The notes beneath the pieces are model-generated. The model was not told the DNA's origin. It was given only the letters and a program-made list of their open reading frames with translations, and searched no databases. This document shows positions 16,015-25,027 of a DNA stretch of 64,000 nucleotides, piece after piece (position 1 is the first letter of the stretch; every line of letters begins with the position of its first letter). Made by a program: the position numbers and the translations under genes. The stretch is from an uncultured Gammaproteobacteria bacterium. Its GTDB lineage: Bacteria > Pseudomonadota > Gammaproteobacteria > Steroidobacterales > Steroidobacteraceae. The stretch covers positions 33,188 to 97,187 of the forward strand of contig CAVOIC010000001.1 in assembly GCA_963695985.1 (NCBI GenBank), read 5' to 3'.

Positions 16015-16821
16015 TCAGCCGCGGTCGACTGCAGTGGGGAAGTGGACGACGTTGGAGTGTGCGGTGCCTGTTCGCAGTGCCTGTGTGATCGCCTGCTCGA
16101 TGACCTGCTCGATCGCGGCGGCGTGCTCCTCGATCAGCCGTACGCTCGGGTCCGGAAGTGTGAACCTGCCGTGATGGCTGATCCCTCGCGCCATATCCAA
16201 CAGCTCTTGCATCTCGTGGCGTGCGTAAGCACGCAGGGTTCGCACCCGGTCCTCGCGTGATACCGACGTCGACTCGGCGCCGCCATTGCGGCTGCGGCGG
16301 ATGCGGTAGTACCCATCCAGCAGCAGATCGACATGACAGCGCCAGCGTTCGGGCCCCGAATGCGCGTGATCGTCGCGGGTTCCCCAGAAGCCAAAGTCAC
16401 CGTCGAACATGCACTCGCGTGCATGCTGGCGCGCCACCAGCAGCTCACGGCTGCCACTGACACCTTCGAAGCGCTCGTCGACTGCAAAATGCAGTTCTCC
16501 CGGGTGTGCATCGAGCCAGGCGATGAGCTCGCTCGTGCAGCGCTGAGGCACTCCCGGCAATACGCGGCTATGAAGACGAGTGCGCACGAAGCGATCGATG
16601 CGCAGCATTCCCTGGCCGTAGCTGCTGCGGCGGAAGTGCTCGCCTTGGCCATCCAGGCCGCGCCGCGCAGCTGAACCCGGCTCGATCATTCCAGGCTCGG
16701 CAGCACCGGCCGCGAGCAACGCCGTGGGCCTTCCAAGGTATTGCGCGCAGATGTATTGATCCGTTACGAAGTAACGGAACAGAACGCCGTCGTGCGGCGG
16801 CGGCAGCGGAACAAAACGCAT
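16015..16821 (-). CDS. Hypothetical protein, no recognisable domain
   Basis: The 268-aa ORF starts at the ATG (cat 16819-16821), 4 nt after the PAP2 stop. It has good GC3 coding bias and no signal peptide or TM segment. Confidence 0.5.
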   Translation of the reverse strand: MRFVPLPPPHDGVLFRYFVTDQYICAQYLGRPTALLAAGAAEPGMIEPGSAARRGLDGQGEHFRRSSYGQGMLRIDRFVRTRLHSRVLPGVPQRCTSELIAWLDAHPGELHFAVDERFEGVSGSRELLVARQHARECMFDGDFGFWGTRDDHAHSGPERWRCHVDLLLDGYYRIRRSRNGGAESTSVSREDRVRTLRAYARHEMQELLDMARGISHHGRFTLPDPSVRLIEEHAAAIEQVIEQAITQALRTGTAHSNVVHFPTAVDRG

Positions 16822-16825
16822 GGAC

Positions 16826-17641
16826 TCAGCGCCCTCCGAACCCGAACTGCCAGCGAATCTCGCCACCGCCCGGCTGCGGGACGAACGCGAGTGAGGCGTT
16901 GGCACCACCATGACTGAGGAAAGCCTCATCGAAGAACGCTGCCGAAAAGTTTCCTAACGCCATGCCAAAGAGCGTATCCGAAGGAAAATGCGCGCCCGCC
17001 TCGACTCGCGCCCAGGCCGTTCCGATCGAGAGGGCATCGAGGCCGCCCGTCAGCGTGAGGCGAGTAGCGCGACTCAGGTCCATCCAGCCGAGATTGTCGG
17101 CCGCAAGGCGGGTGTAGACCGCCGATGTCGTGGCGTGACCGGAGGGAAAACTCTCGGTGTCCTGCCCACTGGGACGCTCACGATCAGTCACGTTCTTGAG
17201 CAGGCTGCTGGTCTCGATCGCGGCGGTCGCGGCGAGCAGCTGCGCGCCGTAGCCCTTGGCCTTGTTCACGAGCCACTCTTCACCCATGTCTCCACTGGGC
17301 GTGAAAATGACCGTGGCGAAGTGTGCGACCACCGAGGCGCTGCGCAGGTTATCGCTCCAGCGTTCCGCATCGGCCTGTGAACCAAAAATCGGTGTCCCCC
17401 GGCGCGCCCAGTCCGAAATCCTGTGATCCCAATCGTCGATCTGCACTGTCGCAGCGCCGAGGAGCGGCGCCCAGGTCCAGGGATCCTTCGCTGCGTTGAC
17501 CGCGGAGACGCGAATCTGTTCCCAGCCGGGCGCGAGGGTCGCGCCATCGCCCCAGACGTGGCCGTTCGGCAGCGTGGTGCAGGCGCTGAGGCAAAGTACA
17601 GACGCAGCCAATCCTTGGCCTGCAGAGAGAGCAGGGCGCAT
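16826..17641 (-). CDS. PAP2-superfamily phosphatase, lipoprotein
   Basis: A lipobox is present (LCLSAC). The three PAP2 motifs are present: KNVTDRERP, PSGH and ARVEAGAHFPSD. Confidence 0.8.
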   Translation of the reverse strand: MRPALSAGQGLAASVLCLSACTTLPNGHVWGDGATLAPGWEQIRVSAVNAAKDPWTWAPLLGAATVQIDDWDHRISDWARRGTPIFGSQADAERWSDNLRSASVVAHFATVIFTPSGDMGEEWLVNKAKGYGAQLLAATAAIETSSLLKNVTDRERPSGQDTESFPSGHATTSAVYTRLAADNLGWMDLSRATRLTLTGGLDALSIGTAWARVEAGAHFPSDTLFGMALGNFSAAFFDEAFLSHGGANASLAFVPQPGGGEIRWQFGFGGR

Positions 17642-17692
17642 CGAGTGGAAAGACGTTCGCGACGGGAGATGTCAGTCGAGACTAAAGAATTC

Positions 17693-19114
17693 TTAATGAT
17701 CGGCTGTGCGGGAGCGCGCCGACGTGAGCATCAGCGGCGGCCGCCCGGCTGCCGACAGCGTCCTGAGGAAGCGCGAATGCCACGCATTGAGGTCGCTGCG
17801 CCGCAGAGCCTCGAGCATCTGCTGATGGCGCTCGCGCCGCTCCGCGAGCGGCATGTTGAAGGCCATCTCGATGGCGTGGCCCATGGCGCGCGTATCGTAG
17901 GGATTGACCTGTACCGCGCCGATGAGCTCGCGCGCTGCGCCCGCCAATGTGGAAAGAATGAGTACGCCGGGATCGGCCGCGTCCTGAGCGGCCACGAACT
18001 CCTTGGCGACGAGATTCATGCCGTCACGCACCGGCGTCACGATGCCCACGAGCGCTGACCGCAGGAAGCTCATGAGCACGTCGTGCGGGAAGTTCTTGTT
18101 GAGGTAACGGATCGGCGTCCAATCGGTGTCCGCGAACCGGCCATTGGTGCGTCCCGCCGCCTGCTCGAGCTCGCGCCGGATCTCCGAATACGCGCGCACA
18201 TCCGAGCGTGAGAGCGGCGCAATCTGCAGGAACGTGATGTGATTCTGGTTGCCGGGATGAGTCTCGAGGAAGCGCTCGTACGCGCGAAAGCGCTCCACCA
18301 GGCCCTTGCTGTAGTCCAGACGATCGACGCCGATCATCAGCTTGCGGCCCAGCAGGCCGGCGGCCATGCGTTTGTGTGCGTCACTGGCCTGCGCCTCCAG
18401 GGCTTCGCGCTGCACGCCGTCCACGTCGATGCCGATCGGAAATACGCCTGCGGTCACGCGCCGATCGCCCACCAGTAGACGGCCATCGGCACCGATTGCG
18501 GTGGATCCCCACATCGAGGTGACCGCGGAATGAAAGGCGGCGAGATCGTTCTCGGTCTGAAACCCAAGGACGTCGTAGGCGAGCAGTGCCTGCAACAGCT
18601 CGCCGTAAACCGGCAGCGCCCGCAACACCTCAATGTTCGGGAAGGGAATGTGCAGGAACAGCCCAAGCGGCTGAGTGGCGCCGCACTCGCGCAGTTTCTG
18701 AGCGAGCGGGATCAGGTGGTAATCGTGCACCCAGATCAGGTCGTCGGGTTCGAGCAGCGGCATGAGCTCGCGCGCAAAACGCTGATTGACGCGCTGATAG
18801 GCATCGTACTGTTCGTCCGAGTAGCGGAAGCTGTCGAGGAAGTAGTGAAACACCGGCCACAGCACACCGTTGCTGAAGCCGACGTAGTAGTCCCGGTATT
18901 CATGCTTGTCGAAGTCGAACGTGGCGTAAGTGACTCCTTCACGGCGCATGACCTCGGTCGGGCCCGGCACGCCTTCGACCACTTCGCCGCTCCACCCGAG
19001 CCACAAGCCGCCGCGCGACTGCATCGCTGCGAGCAATCCGACGGCGAGACCGCCCGGCGCACTACGGCGGCGCGGTACCGAGACGCGGTTGGACACCGCC
19101 ACGAGCCGACTCAT
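17693..19114 (-). CDS. otsA: Alpha,alpha-trehalose-phosphate synthase (UDP-forming)
   Basis: MSRLVAVSNRV..., GGLAVGLL, WVHDYHL and LVSTPVRDGMNLVAKE-like motifs are present (here VTPVRDGMNLVAKEF). The product is 473 aa. Confidence 0.95.
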   Translation of the reverse strand: MSRLVAVSNRVSVPRRRSAPGGLAVGLLAAMQSRGGLWLGWSGEVVEGVPGPTEVMRREGVTYATFDFDKHEYRDYYVGFSNGVLWPVFHYFLDSFRYSDEQYDAYQRVNQRFARELMPLLEPDDLIWVHDYHLIPLAQKLRECGATQPLGLFLHIPFPNIEVLRALPVYGELLQALLAYDVLGFQTENDLAAFHSAVTSMWGSTAIGADGRLLVGDRRVTAGVFPIGIDVDGVQREALEAQASDAHKRMAAGLLGRKLMIGVDRLDYSKGLVERFRAYERFLETHPGNQNHITFLQIAPLSRSDVRAYSEIRRELEQAAGRTNGRFADTDWTPIRYLNKNFPHDVLMSFLRSALVGIVTPVRDGMNLVAKEFVAAQDAADPGVLILSTLAGAARELIGAVQVNPYDTRAMGHAIEMAFNMPLAERRERHQQMLEALRRSDLNAWHSRFLRTLSAAGRPPLMLTSARSRTADH

Positions 19115-20910
19115 GACGCTTCATCCCAGGTGCGACTCAGGCGCAACGCGCTGTTGATGACGCCGACCATGCTGTAGGTCTGAGGAAAGTTGCCCCACAG
19201 CATGCCGGTCGCCGGATCGATGTCTTCCGACAGCAGACCCAGCGGATTCCTGCGGGCCAGCAGTCGGCCGAAGTGGTCGCGCGCTTCGTCCACGCGCCCG
19301 ATCAGCGCGAGCGCGTTGACATACCAGAACGCGCAAACCGTGAAAGCGCTGCGCGGCGTCCCGAAGTCGTCCGCATGTCGATAGCGAAACACCAGGTCGC
19401 CCTCACGCAGCTCGCGCCCAATCGCCTCGACCGTGGAATGAAATCTGCGGTCGTCCGCCGCCAGGAGGCCGAGCTCCGGCAGGAGCAGCGCGGTCGCGTC
19501 GAGGTCCTGGCCACCAAACGCGCCAACGAACGCTTTGCGCTCCTCGCTCCAGGTCCGCTCCAGGATTCGCGCGCGCATGCTGTCAGCGCTGCGCCGCCAG
19601 CGGTGCGCAGTATCCATGTCGCCCAGCCGGGCCGCGATGCGTGCGAGCCGGTCGCAGCCAGCCCACGAGATCGCGGCGGAGAAGGTGTGGGTCTGCAGCT
19701 TGCCGCGCCGCTCCCACGGCCCCGCATCCGGCATTTCATACACGGCAGTGGCACGGTTACCGAGGGACTGCAGCCGTTCGAACAACGAATGGTCGCCGAC
19801 CTGCGCCAGCCGCTCATCGAAAAACAGCTGTGCAGTGGCGAGAATGACCGAGCCGTACACATCGTGTTGCACCTGGGACGCGGCCTGGTTGCCCACGCGA
19901 ACCGGCCCCATGCCGCGGTATCCGGCCAGTGTCGTCACCGTGCTCTCTTCTGTATTGGTATCACCCCGGATGCTGTAGAGCGGCTGCAAGTCGCCGTCGT
20001 TGGAGCGCGCCAGGATGTGATCGAAGTAGTGCAGATAGGCTTCCATCGTTCGGGTGGCCCCGAGCCGGTTGAGCGCCTGGATGACGAAATAGCTGTCACG
20101 CAGCCAGCAATAGCGATAGTCCCAGTTGCGCTCGCTATCCGCAGCCTCCGGTATGGAAGTCGTGAGTGCGGCGAGCACAGCGCCTGAATCTTCGTAGGTG
20201 CAGAGCTTGAGCGTTATGGCGGCGCGGATGACGGCTTCCTGCCAGTCAAATGACACGGCCAGAGTCCGTACCCAGTCCTGCCAGTACGCGCGTGTTTCCT
20301 CAAGGAAGGCGCGCGCGAGAGTGGCGGGTGCCTCCTGGATGGTTTCGTCGTGACCGAGGATGAAGACCAGCGGCTGCGTCAGCACGGCCGGACGATCCTC
20401 CTGTACCAGGCAGAGCGAGGCGTCGGTCGTGATGCGGTACTCGAGATCGCCTGCCGTGAAGCGCAAATGGTGACTGCCAAAGCGTGCCGACGCTGATTCG
20501 CGGCCGTAATCGCTGGTCGGCCTCAAGCGCAGGCGCACAACGGGGCGACCGGCGACAGGCTCAATGATCCGTACCAGCATCATCGGCCTGAACATGCGCC
20601 CGCGCGCGCGGTACCTGGGACAGAAATCCGTGATGCGAACGGCGCCGCCGCTTGCATCGTGCAACGTGGTCTCGACGATCGCAGTGTTGCGCACATAGCG
20701 CTGTTCCCGGTGCGCAAGATTCACCAGATCGACGGCAAATACCCCACTCGCCGCGGCGCCGCCCTCCGCCGAGAGGAGCGCGGAGAAAACCGGGTCGCCG
20801 TCGGGTGCGGGTAGGCAGGTCCAGACGATGCGTCCCAGCTCATCGATGAGGGCCGCAACCTGACAGTTGCCAATCACCGCCAGGTCCAGATTTGGGGGTT
20901 GTGCAGTCAA
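19111..20910 (-). CDS. Glycoside hydrolase family 15 (glucoamylase/trehalase-like)
   Basis: The 599-aa product contains the GH15 pattern (SLPE..DSERNWDYRYCWLRDS...WGNFPQTYSMVG). It has 4-nt overlaps with otsB and otsA. Confidence 0.9.
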   Translation of the reverse strand: MTAQPPNLDLAVIGNCQVAALIDELGRIVWTCLPAPDGDPVFSALLSAEGGAAASGVFAVDLVNLAHREQRYVRNTAIVETTLHDASGGAVRITDFCPRYRARGRMFRPMMLVRIIEPVAGRPVVRLRLRPTSDYGRESASARFGSHHLRFTAGDLEYRITTDASLCLVQEDRPAVLTQPLVFILGHDETIQEAPATLARAFLEETRAYWQDWVRTLAVSFDWQEAVIRAAITLKLCTYEDSGAVLAALTTSIPEAADSERNWDYRYCWLRDSYFVIQALNRLGATRTMEAYLHYFDHILARSNDGDLQPLYSIRGDTNTEESTVTTLAGYRGMGPVRVGNQAASQVQHDVYGSVILATAQLFFDERLAQVGDHSLFERLQSLGNRATAVYEMPDAGPWERRGKLQTHTFSAAISWAGCDRLARIAARLGDMDTAHRWRRSADSMRARILERTWSEERKAFVGAFGGQDLDATALLLPELGLLAADDRRFHSTVEAIGRELREGDLVFRYRHADDFGTPRSAFTVCAFWYVNALALIGRVDEARDHFGRLLARRNPLGLLSEDIDPATGMLWGNFPQTYSMVGVINSALRLSRTWDEAS

Positions 20911-21692
20911 GGGGATTGTTCCTGCCGCTCCACGAACGATCTCAGCCAGTTGCGTACTGCGGCCGGATCAGGCAGCTGCCACTGCGTTGACACCCGATTG
21001 CCCACCGCGATCGCCAGTCCTCCATGCTTGAGCACCGCCGCGAAGCCATCGCGGTCCGTGACGTCATCGCCCAGGAAGACGGGCATCCGGCCCGCGAACG
21101 GCGCTTCGCGCAGAAACGCCTCCACCGCGCTCGCCTTGCTATGGGACCCCGGCTTGATTTCGAGCACTGCATCGCCCGCGAGCAGCTCGAAGTCGGGCAG
21201 CAGTGAAGTCTGTAGCTGCGCCAGCTTGTGCCGCACGAGCGCTTCAAGCTGCGGGGCGCGCCGGTAGTGCAGGGCGAGCGCCGACTGCTTGTCCTCGAGC
21301 AGCAGTCCCGCGTGTGCGGCCACCAGCTGCTCGAGCTCTGCGCGCGCGGATTGCAGGTGCTTGCTCGCGAACGTCTGCCGGTGCAGCGCACCGCGGGCAT
21401 CGCGACGTTCGAAACCGTGCACGCCCGCCGCAGGCAGTCGCAGGGGAGCGAACAGGCGATCGAGATCGTCGATGGTGCGGCCGCTCACCAGCGCGAGGGC
21501 ACCTTGCGTCCGCTGTGCGGTCGCACCGAGCAGGTCTATCAATTCCGCGTCGACGCCGACACGGTCCGGTGCCAGCGCAAAGTCGAGCAGAGTTCCGTCG
21601 ACATCGAGAAAGAGACAGGCATCGGCGTCCGGCACGGGTGCCGGGGACGCCGTGCTGCGCCTCCCCGACATCCTTGCGGCGCAGCTCTTCAT
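20907..21692 (-). CDS. otsB: Trehalose-6-phosphate phosphatase
   Basis: The HAD motif FLDVDGTLLDFA, the SGR motif and the C-terminal GDDVTD are present. The start could be the second ATG, 7 codons in. Confidence 0.9.
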   Translation of the reverse strand: MKSCAARMSGRRSTASPAPVPDADACLFLDVDGTLLDFALAPDRVGVDAELIDLLGATAQRTQGALALVSGRTIDDLDRLFAPLRLPAAGVHGFERRDARGALHRQTFASKHLQSARAELEQLVAAHAGLLLEDKQSALALHYRRAPQLEALVRHKLAQLQTSLLPDFELLAGDAVLEIKPGSHSKASAVEAFLREAPFAGRMPVFLGDDVTDRDGFAAVLKHGGLAIAVGNRVSTQWQLPDPAAVRNWLRSFVERQEQSP

Positions 21693-21693
21693 G

Positions 21694-21713
21694 TAGTTTA
21701 TTATATGAAACTA
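21694..21713. promoter_or_regulatory. Inverted repeat TAGTTT-N8-AAACTA in the AT-rich otsB/marR divergent region
   Basis: TAGTTTATTATATGAAACTA lies directly next to the otsB start. A third related half-site (TAGTAAAC) is at 21721-21728. This is a candidate MarR operator. Confidence 0.3.
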
Positions 21714-21793
21714 TTAAAATTAGTAAACCAAATCGCCTGCAGCGTGTAACTGTTGCACGGCAGGTGCGCCAAGCGAGGAAGCCTGACTTGCCA

Positions 21794-22318
21794 ATGCGAC
21801 GCAAGGTACGACACGGTTCTGCAGCAGGACGCGGTGCAGATCGCAGGCAGCTCGAGCGCGCCGCTTTACTCGCGGCGCGGACTCTGGTCGATCGCATGCG
21901 AACGCTGTATCGCGAGCTGGAGCGGCAGACCGATGCTCCCATTACGATGCATCGCGCGCTCAACTGCATCAGTGCAAGCCCGGGTATGACGGCATCGAAT
22001 CTTGCGACTGTGCTCGGGATGCAGCGGCCGGCCGTGAGTCACACTTTGAGAGGACTCGCAGAGCGCGGCTGGATCGAGCGCAGGCGCCACGCTTCCGATC
22101 AGCGTTCGGTGAGCCTGCACGTGACGTCGGCGGGCCAGCATGTACTCGGCGCGACCGCGGGCCGCGCAGTGGGCACGCTGCAACGTTGCGTGCGCACGTT
22201 GTCGCCGGAGGAGCTGCGCGGGCTGGCCGCGGGACTGGAAGCGTTGCTGATCAATCTTCCACCGCCCCCGCCGACACAAAGAGTCCGGCGGTACCGGCGG
22301 GCGTCCAGCCGGAACTAG
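21794..22318 (+). CDS. MarR-family transcriptional regulator
   Basis: From ATG 21794 the 174-aa product has a wHTH region (MTASNLATVLGMQRPAVSHTLRGLAERGWIERRRHASDQRSVSLHVT). The upstream part of the 371-aa track ORF is antisense to otsB. Confidence 0.85.
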   Translation: MRRKVRHGSAAGRGADRRQLERAALLAARTLVDRMRTLYRELERQTDAPITMHRALNCISASPGMTASNLATVLGMQRPAVSHTLRGLAERGWIERRRHASDQRSVSLHVTSAGQHVLGATAGRAVGTLQRCVRTLSPEELRGLAAGLEALLINLPPPPPTQRVRRYRRASSRN

Positions 22319-22354
22319 TCGGCATCACTCGGCGGGCAGCGACCGCTCCACGCC

Positions 22355-23131
22355 TTACCGTCTTGCTGCCGCACGTGCGCGGCCGCGTTGCGCGGTCAAT
22401 TCGGAAGTGAGGAGCTTTGCAGATGAGACGATGAGAAGGACGAGACGTCGCTCAAGCATGTCATCGAGCCTGGCGGCGGGTACTACGAGACTCAGGCTCC
22501 CCATGAGCGCGCGCTCCATGACCGAGATGGGCGCAGCGATGCCGACCATCTTCTTATCCACTTCGCCCCGCGTGATCGAATAGCCACGCTTGCGAATGGC
22601 CGCGAGCTCATCGCGAAACTTGCTCACGCTCTTCGGGACGAGGGTCGCATCCGCCGACGCACTGTCGAGGAGCTTGCTGAGACGCCGCGGAGGCAACTGC
22701 GCCAGAATCACCTTCGCAGTAGCACCGCGAGTCAGTGGGCGCGGTCGGCCGCGTTCATAACTGGTGTGCACCCCATCCTCAACTGATGTGTAATCGGCGA
22801 TGCACATCACCCTGTCGTCATAGAGTCTGGATAAGAAGGCCACACACGGCACGCGTGCCTGCACCACCACGTCGCGCAGGAGCGATGTCCCGAACCGATA
22901 CAGCGGATCAGTTTTCCGTACCAGCCGATCAAACTCGATGAAGCACGCCCCAAGGCGGTAACGAGCTGCGGTTGCCGACTCCAGGAAGTCGGTGGCCACC
23001 ATCTCCCTTACCGTGCGATAGACGGTGCTTACGGGCAGCTTGAGCGCGCCCGCCATCTCAGCCACCGACCAGTCAGCGCGCTCCTCGCTGAAGAGGCGTA
23101 GCACCGACACATAGCGACTCAGCCCGCCCAT
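22355..23131 (-). CDS. IclR-family transcriptional regulator
   Basis: From ATG (cat 23129-23131) there is an N-terminal wHTH (WSVAEMAGALKLPVSTVYRTVREM) and a C-terminal IclR effector domain (GYSITRGEVDKKMVGIAAPI). Confidence 0.85.
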   Translation of the reverse strand: MGGLSRYVSVLRLFSEERADWSVAEMAGALKLPVSTVYRTVREMVATDFLESATAARYRLGACFIEFDRLVRKTDPLYRFGTSLLRDVVVQARVPCVAFLSRLYDDRVMCIADYTSVEDGVHTSYERGRPRPLTRGATAKVILAQLPPRRLSKLLDSASADATLVPKSVSKFRDELAAIRKRGYSITRGEVDKKMVGIAAPISVMERALMGSLSLVVPAARLDDMLERRLVLLIVSSAKLLTSELTAQRGRARAAARR

Positions 23132-23141
23132 GACTTGGTGA

Positions 23142-23158
23142 TTATCACAAAGTGATAA
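23142..23158. promoter_or_regulatory. Palindrome TTATCAC-AAA-GTGATAA (candidate IclR operator)
   Basis: There are perfect 7-bp arms, 11 nt upstream of the IclR start. A further TTATCAC half-site is at 23241-23247, near the start of the divergent operon. Confidence 0.45.
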
Positions 23159-23203
23159 AAGAGCCTCAACGAACCTGCGGCAACTACGTATTACCAGATT
23201 ATT

Positions 23204-23218
23204 AGTTTCTGAGAAACT
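23204..23218. promoter_or_regulatory. Palindrome AGTTTC-TGA-GAAACT in the same divergent region
   Basis: There are perfect 6-bp arms in the AT-rich intergenic DNA between iclR and the CoA-transferase operon. Confidence 0.35.
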
Positions 23219-23277
23219 GTGCACATAGGGTTCACGCGCATTATCACAATGCGAGTGCAGAGCTAAGGGGCGCGGGC

Positions 23278-24237
23278 GTGTTCGGCCTGGCGAACCGGGT
23301 TCAGGAGTTCTGTGGGGACTGCGGAGGACACACCTTGGCTGACAAGGTGAAGAGCATTGCCGAGGTCATCCGAACCATCCCCGACGGCGCACATGTTGCC
23401 CTCGGGGGGTTCGCTATTGCCCGAAACGTCATTGCCGCGGTTCATGAGTTGATCCGCCAGGGCAAGCGCAATCTCACGGTGTCGCAGGGTGTCGCGGGTC
23501 TGGACACGGACCTCCTGGTTGGGGCCGGGGCCGTCAGCCGACTCATCATCGGGGGAGGGTCGCTGGACCGCTTCGGCCTGCTCTATTGTGTAAACCGCGC
23601 CCGGGAAGGGAAGACGTTGCGCGCGGAGGATTACACAAGTCTGTCCGTGAGCTTTCGCTATCTCGCCGGCGCGCTGGGTCTTTCCTTCATCCCGATCAAG
23701 TCGCTGCTCAGCTCCGAGATCCTGGAGCGGCTGGAGGCTAACTCCGCCGCTGACGATGTCAAACACATGAAATGCCCCTTCACCGGCGAGGAATACCTGC
23801 TGTTGCGGGCCCTGGTACCGGACGTTTCATTCGTGCACGTTCAGATCGTCGACCGCGACGGCAACGCGCGTATCGACGGTCCGCGTTGGGAAAACGAGGA
23901 ACAGGCGAAGGCCGCACGGCGTATCGTCCTCATCGCCGAGGAAATCGTCTCCACGGAAGAGATACAACGGCAGCCGGAGCGCACAATCATTCCCGGACAT
24001 CGCGTCGACGCCGTCGTACACGAACCCTTCGGGGCCCATCCCACCGCTGTGTTCCGCCGCTACGACTACGACGCCGAGCACTTGCAGCTCTACGTGGCGG
24101 ACTCCAAGCGGGGAGGGATTGAGGAATATCTCAACACGTATGTGTACGGCACGAAGAATCATCGCGACTACCTGGAAAAATGCGGCGGCACGTTACGCCT
24201 GCAGCGGCTGCGGGCTGCGCCGGACCTGGGGTACTGA
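23278..24237 (+). CDS. Class I CoA-transferase subunit A (glutaconate/3-oxoacid CoA-transferase-like)
   Basis: The motif IPDGAHVALGGFAIARNVIAAVHELIRQGKRNLTV is typical of the alpha subunit. The product is 319 aa, and the start may be an in-frame GTG at 23347. Confidence 0.85.
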   Translation: MFGLANRVQEFCGDCGGHTLADKVKSIAEVIRTIPDGAHVALGGFAIARNVIAAVHELIRQGKRNLTVSQGVAGLDTDLLVGAGAVSRLIIGGGSLDRFGLLYCVNRAREGKTLRAEDYTSLSVSFRYLAGALGLSFIPIKSLLSSEILERLEANSAADDVKHMKCPFTGEEYLLLRALVPDVSFVHVQIVDRDGNARIDGPRWENEEQAKAARRIVLIAEEIVSTEEIQRQPERTIIPGHRVDAVVHEPFGAHPTAVFRRYDYDAEHLQLYVADSKRGGIEEYLNTYVYGTKNHRDYLEKCGGTLRLQRLRAAPDLGY

Positions 24238-25004
24238 TGGACGCAGTACGCGCGACGGAAATCATGGCTGCCGCTGGAGCACGCGAGCTTCACGACAGCG
24301 ATACGGTCATTGTTGGACTCGGGCTACCGCAGATTGCCTGTGTCCTCGCCAAGTCAACGCATGCGCCTAATTTGGCAGCGATGCTCGAGATCGGTGTCAT
24401 CAACATGCGGCCGAAGGACACGCCCGTGGGACTTGCCGATTCACGCATCTTCTATCGGGCAACATGCTGGAGCGGCTTCCTCGACATCATGGGCACGAAC
24501 CTGCATCGCGGCGTAGTTGATGTCGGTTTCCTGGGAGCGTTGGAACTCGATCGCTATGGCAACATCAACACCACGCTGCTCAAAGAGGACGGCAAGGTGC
24601 GCTATTTCAATGGCAGCGCCGGTGGAAACGATGTTGCCTCGCTTGCCAAGCGCGTCCTCGTCATCATGCGTCACGAAAGGCGCAAGCTGCGCGCGGCGGT
24701 CGCCCACATTACGAGTCCGGGGTTTGTTGACGGCAAGACGCGCGAGCAGCTGGCACTGCGCGGCGGCGGTCCGCACCGTGTCATCACCGACAAGGCGGTG
24801 ATCGGATTTGGCGTTGAGACCCGTTCCGCGAAACTGATTTCCCTGCATCCGGGTATCAGCCTGGATGACGTTCTGGCGAACACGGAAATGCCGCTGGAGG
24901 TCCCCAAGGACATTCCAGTCACGCCGCTTCCTTCGCGTGACGAACTGCGGCTCTTGCGGGAGGAAATCGATCCCCAGGGTGTGTATCTCGGGAAGTTGAG
25001 CTAA
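24237..25004 (+). CDS. Class I CoA-transferase subunit B
   Basis: The ATG overlaps the subunit A stop (TGATG). The product is ~255 aa with a beta-subunit-like pattern (VIVGLGLPQIA..., FNGSAGGNDVASLAKRVLVIM). Confidence 0.85.
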   Translation: MDAVRATEIMAAAGARELHDSDTVIVGLGLPQIACVLAKSTHAPNLAAMLEIGVINMRPKDTPVGLADSRIFYRATCWSGFLDIMGTNLHRGVVDVGFLGALELDRYGNINTTLLKEDGKVRYFNGSAGGNDVASLAKRVLVIMRHERRKLRAAVAHITSPGFVDGKTREQLALRGGGPHRVITDKAVIGFGVETRSAKLISLHPGISLDDVLANTEMPLEVPKDIPVTPLPSRDELRLLREEIDPQGVYLGKLS

Positions 25005-25027
25005 AGGTCCAGCAGGCGAGGTGCGGC

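Noticed and set aside
21203-21793. N-terminal 197 residues of the 371-aa ORF that contains the MarR gene
   Set aside because: This part is antisense to otsB and crosses the AT-rich promoter gap. The MarR domain only starts after ATG 21794.
23132-23224. N-terminal extension (GTG 23224) of the IclR ORF
   Set aside because: The extension would run through the AT-rich operator-containing intergenic DNA. The IclR wHTH is at the normal distance from ATG 23131.
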